Notes: generated from the letters alone by a model not told the origin. Positions 10,150 to 22,061 are shown, counted from the first letter of the stretch. The stretch is 64,000 bases of DNA from Desulfatiglandales bacterium (GCA_963667015.2 CAXXJJ010000001.1:2720001-2784000); one strand, 5' to 3'. Translations and numbers: made by a program.

Positions 10150-11472
10150 TTACTTTTTTACCCCGTATTTTTTGATGCGATAGCGCAGGGTGTTACGGGT
10201 AATACCCAGCTGAATAGCTGCCCTGGATTGATTCCAGTGGCATTCCTTAAGTGCCCGGACAATAAGTTCTTTTTCTCTGCCGAAAAGATCAAGAGCATTC
10301 TCATCAGATGAGTTTGTTCTCGCGATTGCTCTTTCTCCTGCCACAGCCGCCGGAAGCAGATCTGCAGTGAATACGTCATCCCTGCATTGCAGGCATCCCC
10401 GTTCAATAATATTGCGCAGTTCACGAATGTTCCCGGGCCAGTCATAAACCTGCAGGCGCGACAGGGCGGTGCTGTCAAGTCGCAGGGGTTTATTGCCGTA
10501 TTGATGAGAAAAAGCCTTCATAAAATAATGGGCCAGCTCTTCGATGTCTTCCCTGTGCTCACGCAGCGGGGGAAGCTGCAGTTGCAGTGCATTGAGACGG
10601 TAATAGAGGTCGCGTCGAAAGGCTCCTGTATCTACCATAGCCTCCAGATCGCGGTTTGTGGCTGATATAATTTTGACCCTTACAGTTTGTGGGTTTGTCC
10701 CGCCTACCGGAGTTACCTGTTTCTGCTCAACGGCATGCAGCAGCTTTGGCTGTAATGAAAGAGGCAGATCTCCTATTTCGTCGAGAAAGAGGGTCCCTCC
10801 ATTGGCAGCAGCAAAAGCGCCTTTGCGGTCTTCGATAGCCCCGGTGAAGGCACCGCGTCGATGACCAAAAAGTTCACTTTCTATCAGATCTTTAGGAATC
10901 GCCGGGCAGTTGACCCGTATAAAAGGGGCCTCTTTCGCGGTGTAAGTTTCATGGATGGCCTTGGCCGTTAATTCTTTTCCTGTTCCCGACTCGCCGGTGA
11001 TCAGAACGGAACTGTCTATTCTGGCTACTGTGGCAATATCCCGTTTCAGTTTCTCTATAACCGATGATGTGCCGATTATCCTGCTGCTCGCTGTTGCCCG
11101 TGCGACTTGTGCCTCCAGAGCCCTTGCCACCAGTTCCAGGACATGGTTATTGTCCACCGGTTTGGTAAGGTAATCAAAGGCCCCTTCCTTCATGGCGGCT
11201 ACGGCTGTGCTGACGGTTCCAAATGCTGTGAGCAGGATAAAAGGTGTATCAGGGAAGTTGACATTGCGATAACGCAGGACCTCCAGGCCTCCCATTTTGG
11301 GCATCTTCATGTCACTAAGCACCACATCGGGCTGCCACTCCTTCCAGCGTAAAATACCTTCCTGCCCATCTGCGGCAGATTGTACATCATAACCAGGTTC
11401 CTGAAGAACCAATTCCAGCAACCGGCGCATTCGTGCCTCATCTTCAATAATCAGTATCTTGGGATTCATCAT
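10150..11472 (-). CDS. Sigma-54-dependent NtrC-family response regulator
   Basis: REC, Walker A GESGTGKE, GAFTGA, WPGNIREL, Fis-type HTH. Confidence 0.93.
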   Translation of the reverse strand: MMNPKILIIEDEARMRRLLELVLQEPGYDVQSAADGQEGILRWKEWQPDVVLSDMKMPKMGGLEVLRYRNVNFPDTPFILLTAFGTVSTAVAAMKEGAFDYLTKPVDNNHVLELVARALEAQVARATASSRIIGTSSVIEKLKRDIATVARIDSSVLITGESGTGKELTAKAIHETYTAKEAPFIRVNCPAIPKDLIESELFGHRRGAFTGAIEDRKGAFAAANGGTLFLDEIGDLPLSLQPKLLHAVEQKQVTPVGGTNPQTVRVKIISATNRDLEAMVDTGAFRRDLYYRLNALQLQLPPLREHREDIEELAHYFMKAFSHQYGNKPLRLDSTALSRLQVYDWPGNIRELRNIIERGCLQCRDDVFTADLLPAAVAGERAIARTNSSDENALDLFGREKELIVRALKECHWNQSRAAIQLGITRNTLRYRIKKYGVKK

Positions 11473-11490
11473 GTAATTCTCTTAGCCTTG

Positions 11491-13923
11491 TTATTCGCTT
11501 CCATATGCAATCATAGGCTGGAAAGGCAGACTGATCAATACCTCCGCACCTCCCTGCTTCCTGTTGCCGATTGTGATTGTACCATAATGGGCTTCAATAA
11601 TCTGTCTGCACATTGTCAGACCCAGGCCCAGACCATCTTCTTTGGTGGTGAAAAATTTACTAAACAGTTCGTCTTTATGTTCTTCTGCAATTCCCGGGCC
11701 ATTGTCCTGCAGCCGGATGAGAACAGAATCATCCTGTCTTTCGGCGCAAAGGAAAATTGATCCGTTTCCGGCTAGGGCCTCTTCGCTGTTGAGAAAAAGG
11801 TTAAGAAGCACCTGGCGGATTTGTCCGAAATCCGCATACAGGAGAGGCATTGGAGTTATGACTGTACAGCGGATACTGATATTTTGATTATGATCATCCG
11901 ATTCCCTCCATTTATCACACAGCGCGGGGAATTCCTTCTGAAGATCAACGGGCTGAAAATCGGGTTTTTTGTATTTGGCCAGACTGAGGATATTCGAGAT
12001 GACCGTGTTCAGGTTGTCCACTTCATCAAGAATATAATGCAGCATTTCCCTGTTGATTTCGGCTGATCGCCTTTCTTCTGCCAGATACTGGGCTGAACTG
12101 CGGATAATACCGAGCGGATTCCTGATTTCATGGGCAAGCGTAACACTCATCTCACCCAGGGCAGCCATCTTTTCGGATTGAACAAGTTTTGAAAACAGGT
12201 TTTCCAGCTGCTCTTTGCTTTCGGCAAGCGAGGTATAATGAATGCTGTTGGTCAGGGCAATGGAGATCTGATTGGTCAGTGTTGCCAGCAGGCGAATATC
12301 ATGTTCCCGAAAAAGCCGTTCATCTTTTCGGGGTCCAATCAGAATGACGCCGGTCAGCAGGCTGCTGCCCCACAGTGGCAGGGTAAGGATATACCCTTCG
12401 GAAAGCAGTTGTGACAATTCCTCATTCAGTTGCGGATCATCCTGTTCTTCAAGACAGAAAATGGCCTGCTCCCCATTGTTAAACCGTTTGATAAGCCGGC
12501 TGTCAGGCCAGGGACTGTATCCGATTCGGAGATGTTCCGGATACAATCGGCTGTTTTTATCATGAAGCAAAAGAAGGGCACTTCGGGTGATCTGCATCTG
12601 TTGCGGCAGTTCATTGGTAATTAGTGCTACAAGTTCTGAAAACAGCAATGTAGAAGCCAGTTTTTTACTGAAATCAAAAAGCACTGCCGTGTCGCTGGGG
12701 CGATAGCGGAAGAAGTAGCGATCAACCAGACCCTGTGTCCAGTTGATGAGCGGGGTTATTACAATGACTATTACAAGAAGAAAGAGGAGAAAGATTTGTT
12801 CGGAAAAAATCTGACGGCCAAAAAAATATCGTTTGAGTATTGCAAGCAGAGCAGTATAGGTTATGGCCAGAAAGAAAATGACTATAAAATAGGCAGTGGT
12901 ACGGCTTATAAATCTGTCTACACCAAGGAGCCTGTAGCGAAGCATGGCTATCAGGTAAGCTGTAGGTAGAACTGTAGCAGCCAGCAAGACAATACGGAAG
13001 GAGATCATCGGCTGATCGATTATCAGGTTGGGAAGAAGGTAGAAAACAAGGTATGGGGTAAAAGACAGCCAGTACGCGTTAAGAGTAAGTTTGACCTGGT
13101 TTCTGGATGATGGAGAACTGAGATGACGCAGGTCAACAAAATGTTTTATAAAAGATCCTATGATAATAGGTGGCAGGCAGATGTTGCGGAAACGCTGCAG
13201 CTCACTGAAGACGTCATTCGTGAACCCCGCGGTGAATAATGCGCAACCAAATGCAATAAACGGCGGAATAAAGTAGAGCATTGGCGCCAGCAAGGGCCTT
13301 GTCCTGCAAAGATCCCTTTCCTGTGGAAACCTGCTTGTGAAATGAGCTAGCCCGCCAAAAGCCAGCCAGTTGCTGAACGTAATGCCAAGAAAACTCAGCG
13401 AAATCGTTTGTGGATCGAGCAGGCCGAAGTGGGAAGGCAGTGTTGTGGCAATGGTTGTTGCAAACCAGCAAAGCAAAAAAAAGAAAATTCCCACAGGCTG
13501 ATCCGGATCTGCAAGAAACAGGGCAAGACAGGCCAGAACGAGGAAAACTGAGATGAGGAGCAGGTGCGGCCAGGCAATGGTCAGGTAACTCGGCCATGTG
13601 ACAGGCATAACAGGAGAAGTGATTGTGACTTCATGTCCGTTACGGTCAAGTGTTATTGTGTGACCTGTCTTCTGATCATTCCGGGATGAGTCAAGAATGA
13701 GTGAGCCAAGAATTTCTGTATAAGGTACGCTGTCAATTTTTACTATCAGGTCGCCCGGCTGTACGGAACTGTTATGGGCGGCCACCTTCGAAATATAGAG
13801 CCCATGCCGGGTCTTATCTACACGAAAACCAGGCATCCCGTACCTGAAGGCGGCAATGGAAAAGATACATGCAGCCAGAATGGGGACAATGAGGAGAACC
13901 ATGAGGTATCTTCGCCCCGGCAT
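11491..13923 (-). CDS. Membrane sensor histidine kinase (PDZ-like + multi-TM + GAF-like + HisKA + HATPase)
   Basis: VQPGDLIVKID, many TMs, LAHEIRNPL, FFTTKEDGLGLGL. Confidence 0.85.
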   Translation of the reverse strand: MPGRRYLMVLLIVPILAACIFSIAAFRYGMPGFRVDKTRHGLYISKVAAHNSSVQPGDLIVKIDSVPYTEILGSLILDSSRNDQKTGHTITLDRNGHEVTITSPVMPVTWPSYLTIAWPHLLLISVFLVLACLALFLADPDQPVGIFFFLLCWFATTIATTLPSHFGLLDPQTISLSFLGITFSNWLAFGGLAHFTSRFPQERDLCRTRPLLAPMLYFIPPFIAFGCALFTAGFTNDVFSELQRFRNICLPPIIIGSFIKHFVDLRHLSSPSSRNQVKLTLNAYWLSFTPYLVFYLLPNLIIDQPMISFRIVLLAATVLPTAYLIAMLRYRLLGVDRFISRTTAYFIVIFFLAITYTALLAILKRYFFGRQIFSEQIFLLFLLVIVIVITPLINWTQGLVDRYFFRYRPSDTAVLFDFSKKLASTLLFSELVALITNELPQQMQITRSALLLLHDKNSRLYPEHLRIGYSPWPDSRLIKRFNNGEQAIFCLEEQDDPQLNEELSQLLSEGYILTLPLWGSSLLTGVILIGPRKDERLFREHDIRLLATLTNQISIALTNSIHYTSLAESKEQLENLFSKLVQSEKMAALGEMSVTLAHEIRNPLGIIRSSAQYLAEERRSAEINREMLHYILDEVDNLNTVISNILSLAKYKKPDFQPVDLQKEFPALCDKWRESDDHNQNISIRCTVITPMPLLYADFGQIRQVLLNLFLNSEEALAGNGSIFLCAERQDDSVLIRLQDNGPGIAEEHKDELFSKFFTTKEDGLGLGLTMCRQIIEAHYGTITIGNRKQGGAEVLISLPFQPMIAYGSE

Positions 13924-14069
13924 CCAGCCCTTTAATTTTTGTTGGTTTATTGAATTCGGTTTAATTTGATAAGAACTTCCTTTTTTTTAAGAATTGAGTA
14001 TATTTAGAGGCACTTTGTGTGTCAAGAATAATAGTCGAGCCATGATAAGCCTCCGGGATATCGCCATAT

Positions 14070-15035
14070 CTATTTCTTAACCACAACCGGTACATCAAAA
14101 CATTCCTTTATCCCTTCAACTGTTTTTTCAAACTTATCAATATTTACAACACCTGTTATTGATGCAATTGTGCAGCTTAGTCCAAGCAGATAAACTCCCT
14201 TGTTTTCAAGCGATTCCATCATTTCAAAGCATATGCCGTAGCGATCGCCAAAGTGCGGACCGTTCATTGAAAAAACAATGTTATCGGGATTTTCCGATCC
14301 GCTTACGCCCGATATACACAAACCGAGAATTTCTTCACGATGATCCGGGGCAGGGTATGACGCCGAGAAAGTAAGGATACGTTCATTTGGGCCTATTTTT
14401 ATGAAGCACTCTGTTGCTGAAACAGATTTTGACTGAAAATCAATATCCTCTATCTCCTGTTCTTCATAGTATTCGAGCCCGTATACCTTGGGCCTGCTTT
14501 CCTGATATGTTGCAATTACCTCCTTATATATTTCTTCCTTACCCTTCTGCGCAAGTTTCCAGTCTTCAGGCGTCCGGTAGGCGCTGAAACTGAAAGGGCC
14601 GAAAAGCGAAGCGCTTGCCCTCTCAAGGTCCTTTTCCTGCAGCACAACCGAGATTGCCGAAGGTGATATCGCAAGGGCCTCGGGTTTGACACTGTTTTCT
14701 TTAAAGGCATCTATAAGGTTGCAGAGCACCAGTGGATCTTTTTTGTGTGGAAAGATTGAAAAAACAACACATTCGGATGTATGTTCACAGGGTTTGCCGA
14801 CAACCTCTTCAATTATCAATGAGGTCTGTAAACCCTTCGGGGTCTCCACAAGCAGGTTAAGCCCCCAGTGGCCATCCCTGTGAAAAGATGTGAAATAGGG
14901 CAGGTTGATTTTTCTTTCAGCGATTGACCTGAGAAGCAGGGCAGGGGTGATACCGGTCTTCTCCGGGATAATCAGAGAAAACCTGGCCACACCCTTTAAG
15001 ACTTTGAATCCGCCCAGTCTCATAGCCTCTGTCAT
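14070..15035 (-). CDS. Protein resembling tandem ACT domains (aspartokinase C-terminal-like, no kinase domain)
   Basis: Repeated beta-alpha units ending ISPSAISVVL and SCTIASITGVV; last gene of the metF cluster. Confidence 0.5.
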   Translation of the reverse strand: MTEAMRLGGFKVLKGVARFSLIIPEKTGITPALLLRSIAERKINLPYFTSFHRDGHWGLNLLVETPKGLQTSLIIEEVVGKPCEHTSECVVFSIFPHKKDPLVLCNLIDAFKENSVKPEALAISPSAISVVLQEKDLERASASLFGPFSFSAYRTPEDWKLAQKGKEEIYKEVIATYQESRPKVYGLEYYEEQEIEDIDFQSKSVSATECFIKIGPNERILTFSASYPAPDHREEILGLCISGVSGSENPDNIVFSMNGPHFGDRYGICFEMMESLENKGVYLLGLSCTIASITGVVNIDKFEKTVEGIKECFDVPVVVKK

Positions 15036-15142
15036 ATCAACCCGGCTCCGGTCTATATGGGATTAATATTTATTCGGGTATATTCACGCAAAGAATATAT
15101 CTGTTCCAGATAAAATACCCCTATCCCGAATATCACCAGGTC

Positions 15143-15523
15143 TTAAAAAAAGGCACTGACTGCGCTCCATAGCCCTTCGGTATCAATGGGTTTTGGTATA
15201 TATTCATCCGCCTCAGTGCTCATTCCGTCGGCATGGGAATACCTGGTAGTGGGAACTGCTTCACCAACCGCGGTAAGAAGTATTACCGGGATGTCCCTGG
15301 TTTCATCATTTGCCTTGAGCTCAGCACAAAGGACATAGCCGTCTTTCCGGGGCATCATAATGTCCAGGATAACCATGTCCGGGCGTCGTTCCCTGATGGA
15401 TTCCTCGCCTTCTATGCCGTCGTAGGCCTTGCCCACTTCGCAACCCTTACTTTCCAGCATCAAGGCTATTGTTTCCACCAGATCCGGGTCATCATCAACT
15501 ACAAGAATGTACTTGTCGGTCAT
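15143..15523 (-). CDS. Single-domain response regulator receiver
   Basis: VVDDD, LDIMMP, LLTA, KP. Confidence 0.88.
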   Translation of the reverse strand: MTDKYILVVDDDPDLVETIALMLESKGCEVGKAYDGIEGEESIRERRPDMVILDIMMPRKDGYVLCAELKANDETRDIPVILLTAVGEAVPTTRYSHADGMSTEADEYIPKPIDTEGLWSAVSAFF

Positions 15524-15558
15524 AATAAAACCTCCTTAATTAGGGTTACTTATTGCTA

Positions 15559-16497
15559 CTAGTCATCAATAACAGGCCTTGGATAAAGGCCCGACCTTTC
15601 AACTATCTCAGGAACCTTTTCCTCCCATTCAATTGCCATTACATGAAATCCGTGTATTCCTTCGCATTCCTTAAGTCTCTGAATAGATTCAACGCAGATG
15701 TTTATTCCCTCCTCTGCCTGCTTTTCTTTAGGTACGCCTTTCATTCTATTTATAATTTCATCGGGAACATCCATTCCGGGAACCCTTTTTCCTACATAAT
15801 TTGCCATGCCTGCCGACTTAAGCGGTGTTACACCTGCCAGGATGTGTACCTTTTCATGAAGGCCTCTGTCGCAGACCTGCTTCATCCATAATTCAAATTT
15901 ATCAAGGTTGTAGATGCACTGGGTCTGAATAAATTCAACTCCGGCGGCTATTTTTTTCGCAAGGCGCGGAACACGTATCTCAAAGGGGTCTGCAAAGGGA
16001 TTGGCTGCTGCTCCAACGAACATGCCGGGTGGACGTTTTATATCATCTCCTCCCAGAAATTTCCCTTCGTCACGCATCAGCCGAACAGTCTGTATAAGCT
16101 GCATTGAATCGATATCATGAACATTCTGACCAGTTGGACAGTCTCCAAAGGACTGGTGATCCCCTGACAGGCAGAGAATATTGTAGATATCAAATGAGGC
16201 AGCACCCAGGATATCGCTTTGAAGCGCAATACGGTTCCTGTCCCTTGTAACCATCTGCAACACCGGTTCAATACCCAGCTTCTTAAGGTGTATGCATGCG
16301 GCAAGACTGCAGAGTCTTGTTACAGAAGTCTGGTTGTCAGTAATGTTTATGGCATCAACATGATTTCTGATCATTTCACCCTTTTTCAGGATGGCTTCAG
16401 GGTCACTTCCCCTCGGCGGTCCGCATTCGGAAGTGACCGCCATGTTTCCGCTTGCCAGTATTTTTTCCAGTTTGCTGGGTGTTTTAGTAGTGCTCAT
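15559..16497 (-). CDS. metF: Methylenetetrahydrofolate reductase
   Basis: TSECGPP, RDRNRIALQSDILGA, LSGD, FIQTQCIY. Confidence 0.88.
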   Translation of the reverse strand: MSTTKTPSKLEKILASGNMAVTSECGPPRGSDPEAILKKGEMIRNHVDAINITDNQTSVTRLCSLAACIHLKKLGIEPVLQMVTRDRNRIALQSDILGAASFDIYNILCLSGDHQSFGDCPTGQNVHDIDSMQLIQTVRLMRDEGKFLGGDDIKRPPGMFVGAAANPFADPFEIRVPRLAKKIAAGVEFIQTQCIYNLDKFELWMKQVCDRGLHEKVHILAGVTPLKSAGMANYVGKRVPGMDVPDEIINRMKGVPKEKQAEEGINICVESIQRLKECEGIHGFHVMAIEWEEKVPEIVERSGLYPRPVIDD

Positions 16498-17162
16498 TGT
16501 CTGACATCCTCCCTTACAACCTTTCGTGGTCCTCCGGCCCTTTCCGTTGACCAGTCTTTGATAGGTGCGAGCTGTTCATATTCATCAAGTTTTCCCAATT
16601 CCTTTAATCGATCTATTATCAACTGCCAGGCACAATCAAGATCCTTGGATATTTCGCATTTACCGTTGGTTGATCCCCCGCATGGACCATTGAACAATCT
16701 CTTTGCGCAGCGGGAAACAGGGCAAATTGATGCGGTCTTTGCCAGTATGCATTGTCCGCATCCCTGGCATCGCTCAGTCCATACACCTCTTTCTTCGGTT
16801 ACTCCCATAAAGGAGGTATTAACTCCGGGAAATATTGGTATGTTAAGGTATTTTTCGGCCATAAACTGAACACCTACCCCGCAGGCAAGGGATACAACTG
16901 CATTATACTTGCCTATGTCATTACGCAGTTCCTCCAGGTACTCATGATCGCACTGCCTTTCAAGGGTGACTTCGTCAATATCAACCTTGTTCCCCTGGTT
17001 CATGAAATACATCCTGAGGGCGGAAGCAAGAATTCCAACCTCTTTTTTGCCACCTGCTTCGCAAACGGTCACGCACTCATTGCAGCCTGCGATAAGTATC
17101 TTTTTAAAACCTTTGATCTCTTCTATAATCTCTTCAATAGGTTTCTGGTCAGCAACTATCAT
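16494..17162 (-). CDS. metV: MetV Fe-S/Zn partner subunit of MTHFR
   Basis: GCNECVTVCEAGG, ERQCD, LACGVG, CQGCGQC, CAKRLFNGPCGG; ATGA overlap with metF. Confidence 0.85.
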   Translation of the reverse strand: MIVADQKPIEEIIEEIKGFKKILIAGCNECVTVCEAGGKKEVGILASALRMYFMNQGNKVDIDEVTLERQCDHEYLEELRNDIGKYNAVVSLACGVGVQFMAEKYLNIPIFPGVNTSFMGVTEERGVWTERCQGCGQCILAKTASICPVSRCAKRLFNGPCGGSTNGKCEISKDLDCAWQLIIDRLKELGKLDEYEQLAPIKDWSTERAGGPRKVVREDVRQ

Positions 17163-17187
17163 TTCATCTCCCTCGCTTTCTTGTTGA

Positions 17188-17616
17188 TCACGCTGCTTTT
17201 TTCATCGCGGCTTTTATTGGATTGGGCCCCAGTTCTATAATCTTTTGAGTCATTTCGGTTGCTATCTCGGCAAATCTTGGACCTTCTCCGGAGGACAGGT
17301 TATACATCTGTACCCTTTCTCCTCCTATACCAATCTTGTCCAGTATTTTGGCCGCCTGTTCCACCCTTTTCCTTGCCCTGAGGTTGCCCCTCTCAAAACG
17401 GCAGTCTCCTTCAAGACACCCTACTATATATGCGCCGTCAGCACCCTTTTCGAGAGCCCTCAAGAGGTGGATGATATCAACCTTACCTGTACACGGGACA
17501 CGGATTACCCTGATTGTATCAGGGTAATTAAGTCTCATTGAACCTGCCAGGTCCGCTGCCGTGTATCCTCAGAAGTTACAACAGAAAGCCACAATAATCG
17601 GTTTGAAATCGGTCAT
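17188..17616 (-). CDS. mvhD: MvhD/FlpD [2Fe-2S] subunit, selenoprotein (Sec16)
   Basis: Reads [32 protein letters not shown] with UGA at 17571-17569. Start overlaps the hdrA stop (TAATG). Hairpin GGACCT-GGC-AGGTTC begins 14 nt after the UGA. Confidence 0.9.
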
Positions 17617-20600
17617 TATATAACCCCTTCAAGTAATGAATCCAGTTTACTCATGATTTGTTCATCTTCATACCAGTTAAGATGAATAGCCTTTGCTGGA
17701 CATTCTGATGCGCATATTCCGCATCCGTGGCAAAGGGCTTCATCGATATAGCTGACTCCCTCTTCATTTATTACAGGTACGTCATAGGGACACGCCCTGA
17801 CACATACCAGGCATGATGCGCACCTGCTTTGATCCACCTCAGCCGTGACTGCCGACAGGACGATCTCCGGCTGTGAAAGGAAGGTCGCAGCTCTTGAAGC
17901 TGCTGCCATGGCCTGGGAGATACTCTCGGAGATAAGTTTCGGGCTGTGGGCTGTTCCGCACAGAAAGATGCCGTCATTTGCCAGGTCAACAGGACGCAGT
18001 TTGACATGCGCTTCAATAAAATAACCTTCTTTGCTTTTAGGCAGTTTCAGGATCGAGGCAAGTTCATCGGTATCCGTGGGGACCATGCCCGCACTGAGGG
18101 CAAGCAGGTCTGATCTTACCTTTATATCCCTGCGGAGGATATGGTCGAAGAAGGTTACATGTAATCCATCATCACGTGCCTCAACCTGCGGAGGATTATC
18201 CTTTGAATATCTTACAAATCTGACTCCTTTTCTTCTTGCCTCGGTATAATAATCCTCAAGCATTCCATAGGTTCGTATGTCACGGTTTAATATCCATACA
18301 TCCGTATCAGGATTAAGGTCCTTTATATGAAGGGCATTTTTGATGGCTGCCTGACAGCATACGCGTGAGCAGTTGGGGTTCTCATCATTCCTGGAACCGA
18401 TACACTGGATCATTACCACGCGCTTTAGATCGTCAGCCCCTCTCACTTCCAGCCTTTTTCCGAGGCCTATCTGGGTGAATACCCTGTGATCCTTGCCAAA
18501 GTAGTATTCTGTGGGCTCGTATTCATTTGCACCAGTTGCAACGATGATAACACCATGCTCTATCTTGCGTGAATACATGTTCGGGCCTACCATTACCTCG
18601 GTATAAAAATTTCCTTTAAATCCTCCGAACCCCACAACCAGAGATTCAGTCAATACCTGTATTTTATCATGCTGCGACACCCTGTCTGTCAGGTACACAA
18701 GTTGTTTTTGAATATCATTGCCTTCAATGGTTGTGGTCAGATTATTGGCAAGGCCCCCAAGCTGTTTTTCCTTTTCAATCAACACAACCTCATAACCCTG
18801 ATCTGCCAGACTCAGTGATGCCGTAATACCTGAGACTCCGCCGCCGATTACGACCGCGCGCATAGTGATGGGTATTCTCTTTTCCTTTAAAGGGGTTAAA
18901 TAGCCTGCCCTTGCAACCGCCATCCTGACCAGATCCTTTGCCTTTTCTGTTGCCGCAGCAGGATCGAGTGCATGAACCCATGAGTTCTGATCTCTTATAT
19001 TAGCCATTTCAAAGAGATATTTATTAAGACCACAGGCCTGGAGAGTTTCCTGGAAAAGCGGCTCATGGGTCCTCGGGGAACAGGATGCAACAACAACCCT
19101 GTTCAGGTTGTTTTCCTTGATTACTCCCTTGAGTTTTTCCTGGGTATCCTGGGAGCAGCTGAACAGGTTTTCCTGTGCCAGTGCTACAAATGGAAGATTG
19201 CCGGCATAGTCTACAACCTCAGGGACATTGACAACACCTGCTATATTAACGCCGCAGTCGCAGATGAATACCCCTATTCTAGGCTCTTCTTTACTTACGT
19301 CGATTTCATCGGGGATTGTTACAGTCCTTACCTCGCTGCCCCTTGCAGCCGTCAGATCAATACTTACGGCACAGGCGGCTGCACTCGCTTCGGTAACTGA
19401 GGTGGGAATATCTTTTGGTCCCTGGAATGTCCCGGAGACATAGACTCCGGGCCTTGATGTATGGACAGGATTGAAGACCGGTGATTCTGTAAAATTATAC
19501 TTGTTAAGTGATATCCCTATCCTGTTGGCAAGCTCGATATTATTATCATGTATTTCAAATCCGACAGACAGTACTACCATATCGAATCTTTCTTCCTGGA
19601 AGTTACCTTCTTCATCAGAGTATTTTAATATCAGGTCATCACTTCCGTGAACAGGATCTATTGTATGTATCCTTGATCGAATAAATCTTACACCTCGCTC
19701 ATTTTTTGCCCTGTCATAATATTTTTCATAGTCTTTTCCATAGGTCCTGATATCCATATAGAATATAGCCGTGTCAAGATTACCCTTCATATGCTCTTTT
19801 GCTATCATGGCATCCTTGATGGCATACATACAGCAGACACCGGAACAGTATCCGTTATTGCAGTTTGCAGTATCCCTGGAGCCGACACACTGGAGCCATG
19901 CTATCTTTTCCGGTTCCTTTTTATCAGAAGGGCGAACAAGGTGGCCCATTGTCGGTCCTGTTGCACTCAGGATTCGTTCAAACTCAGCGCTGGTAAGAAC
20001 ATTTGGATGGCTGTTGTACTTATAAAATTCATCACTGCTGTCGAGATCATATAATGATGCGCCGGGACACAGAATTACAGAACCCACATCTATATCTCTT
20101 TCCACAGGTTTCTGATCGTGATTGATTGCCTTTGCCACGCATGCATCAACACACTGGTAGCATTCACAGCAGTACCCGCAGTTCAGGCATCTCTGGGCCT
20201 CGGATATTCCGGTTTCCTCGTCATATCCCAGTTCCACTTCATTAAAGTTGCCTTTTCTACTGTCCGCGGGCAACTCCTTTACAATGGCCCTTGCACGGGC
20301 CTCAATATTCGGTGGGATGGGTCGGTATTCGGGATCAGGTGTTTCAAGCGGCTCCCTTCCTTCACAGAGGTCAATATCGTCAATGTATCGTGCAATTGAT
20401 TCGGCTGCTTCCTTTCCTGCAGCAACAGCACCTATTGCCACCCATGGACCGGTCTGCAGATCACCACCGGCAAAGACCCCTTCCTTTCCTGTATAGTATG
20501 ACACAGGGTCTACCTCAACGGTTCCCCATTTTGATATGTTTAAATTTTCTTCATCAGCAAAGGCCGAAAGATCAGGCGTTTGTCCTATTGCTGGTATAAT

Positions 20601-22061
20601 CTGATCCACATCAAGGTCATACTCACTCCCCGGTGTTGGTACCGGCCTTCTCCTTCCTGATGAATCCGGTTCCCCAAGTTCCATTTTAATACATCTTAAT
20701 CCCGTTACCCTGCCATTGCTTGTAAGTATCTCCTGGGGAGCTGAAAGATAATTTATTTTTACGCCTTCATCCTCAGCCGCCTGAATCTCTTCCTCCCACG
20801 CTGGCATCTCGCTTCGCGTCCTGCGGTAGATAATATCTACTTCTTCAGCCCCGAGTCTGATCACGGACCTTGATACATCGATGGCAACATTTCCACCACC
20901 TACTATTGCAACCTTTTTACCTACGGGTGCCTTACCATTCAGGTTGACTTCACGAAGAAAATCTACTCCCTGTCGCACTCCCTCGGATTTTTCACCCGGT
21001 ATGCCGAGTTCGATGCCTTTGTGGGCACCTATTGCAAGATATACCGCGCTGTACCCGTCACCAAGCAGTCCGTCTATTGTGATATCTCTGCCAAGTGCGA
21101 TGCCTGTTTTTATGTCAACACCAAGATTGGTTATTATTTCTATCTCCTGATCAAGTACAGCGCCTGGTAATCTGTGATCCGGTATACCAACCCGAAGCAT
21201 CCCTCCTGCCTTTGGCTGGGCCTCATATATCGTTGATAAGAAGCCCTTTCTTGCAAGGTGATATGCGGCAGAAAGACCGGCAGGGCCTGATCCTATAATA
21301 GCAACCTTTTCATCTCTTTTTTGAAGACACTCAATCTCAATCTCCCTTGGATCAAACTTGTCGGCAGCGAGCCTTTTCAGGGTCCTTATTGCAACAGGCG
21401 CATCAACTTCGCACCTGCGGCAGGCATCCTCGCAGCCATGGGGGCATATTCTGCCAAGCACGCCCGGAAGAGGCAGGTCTTCCATAATTATATTTAACGC
21501 CTCTTTATATTTTCCCTGCCCTACCATCTGTACATATCCCTGAACATTTATCCCCGCGGGACAGGCAAGCCTGCATGGCGCCTTGTCTTTTTTCTTTATC
21601 GCATAGGCCCCAGGGATTGCCTGGGGATAAAGTTTATAGGTGGCTTTTTTAGGTGAAAGGCCCCAGTCGTATTCATTCTCCAGCGTCACAGGACACACGG
21701 CTGAGCATTCTCCGCATCCTGTACATTTATCTATATCAATGTATCTCGCTTCCTGTTTAATCCTGGCTGTAAAATTTCCTTTTGCTCCATCGAGATTAAG
21801 GAGTTCTGTACCAGTTAAAAGCTCTATGTTCAGGTGCCGGCCGACCTCGACCAGTTTGGGCGAGATAATTCACATGGCGCAGTCGTTGGTCGGGAATGTC
21901 TTGTCAAGCTGAGACATCAATCCGCCTATTGCGGATGATTTTTCAACCAGATAGACATAGTAACCGGAATTAGCCAGATCCAGCGCTGACTGCATACCGG
22001 TGATTCCGCCGCCGACTACCATAACAGAACCTGATATTTTATTGCTGTTGTTTCCGGACAT
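17616..22061 (-). CDS. hdrA: Large heterodisulfide-reductase subunit A-like flavoprotein (HdrL/BamE type, GltD-like NAD(P) insert), selenoprotein (Sec64), 1481 aa
   Basis: ORFs 21870-22061 and 17616-21698 are in frame across UGA 21872-21870 ([18 protein letters not shown]). Two HdrA repeats ([26 protein letters not shown]), a GltD-like block and ferredoxin motifs. Confidence 0.9.
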
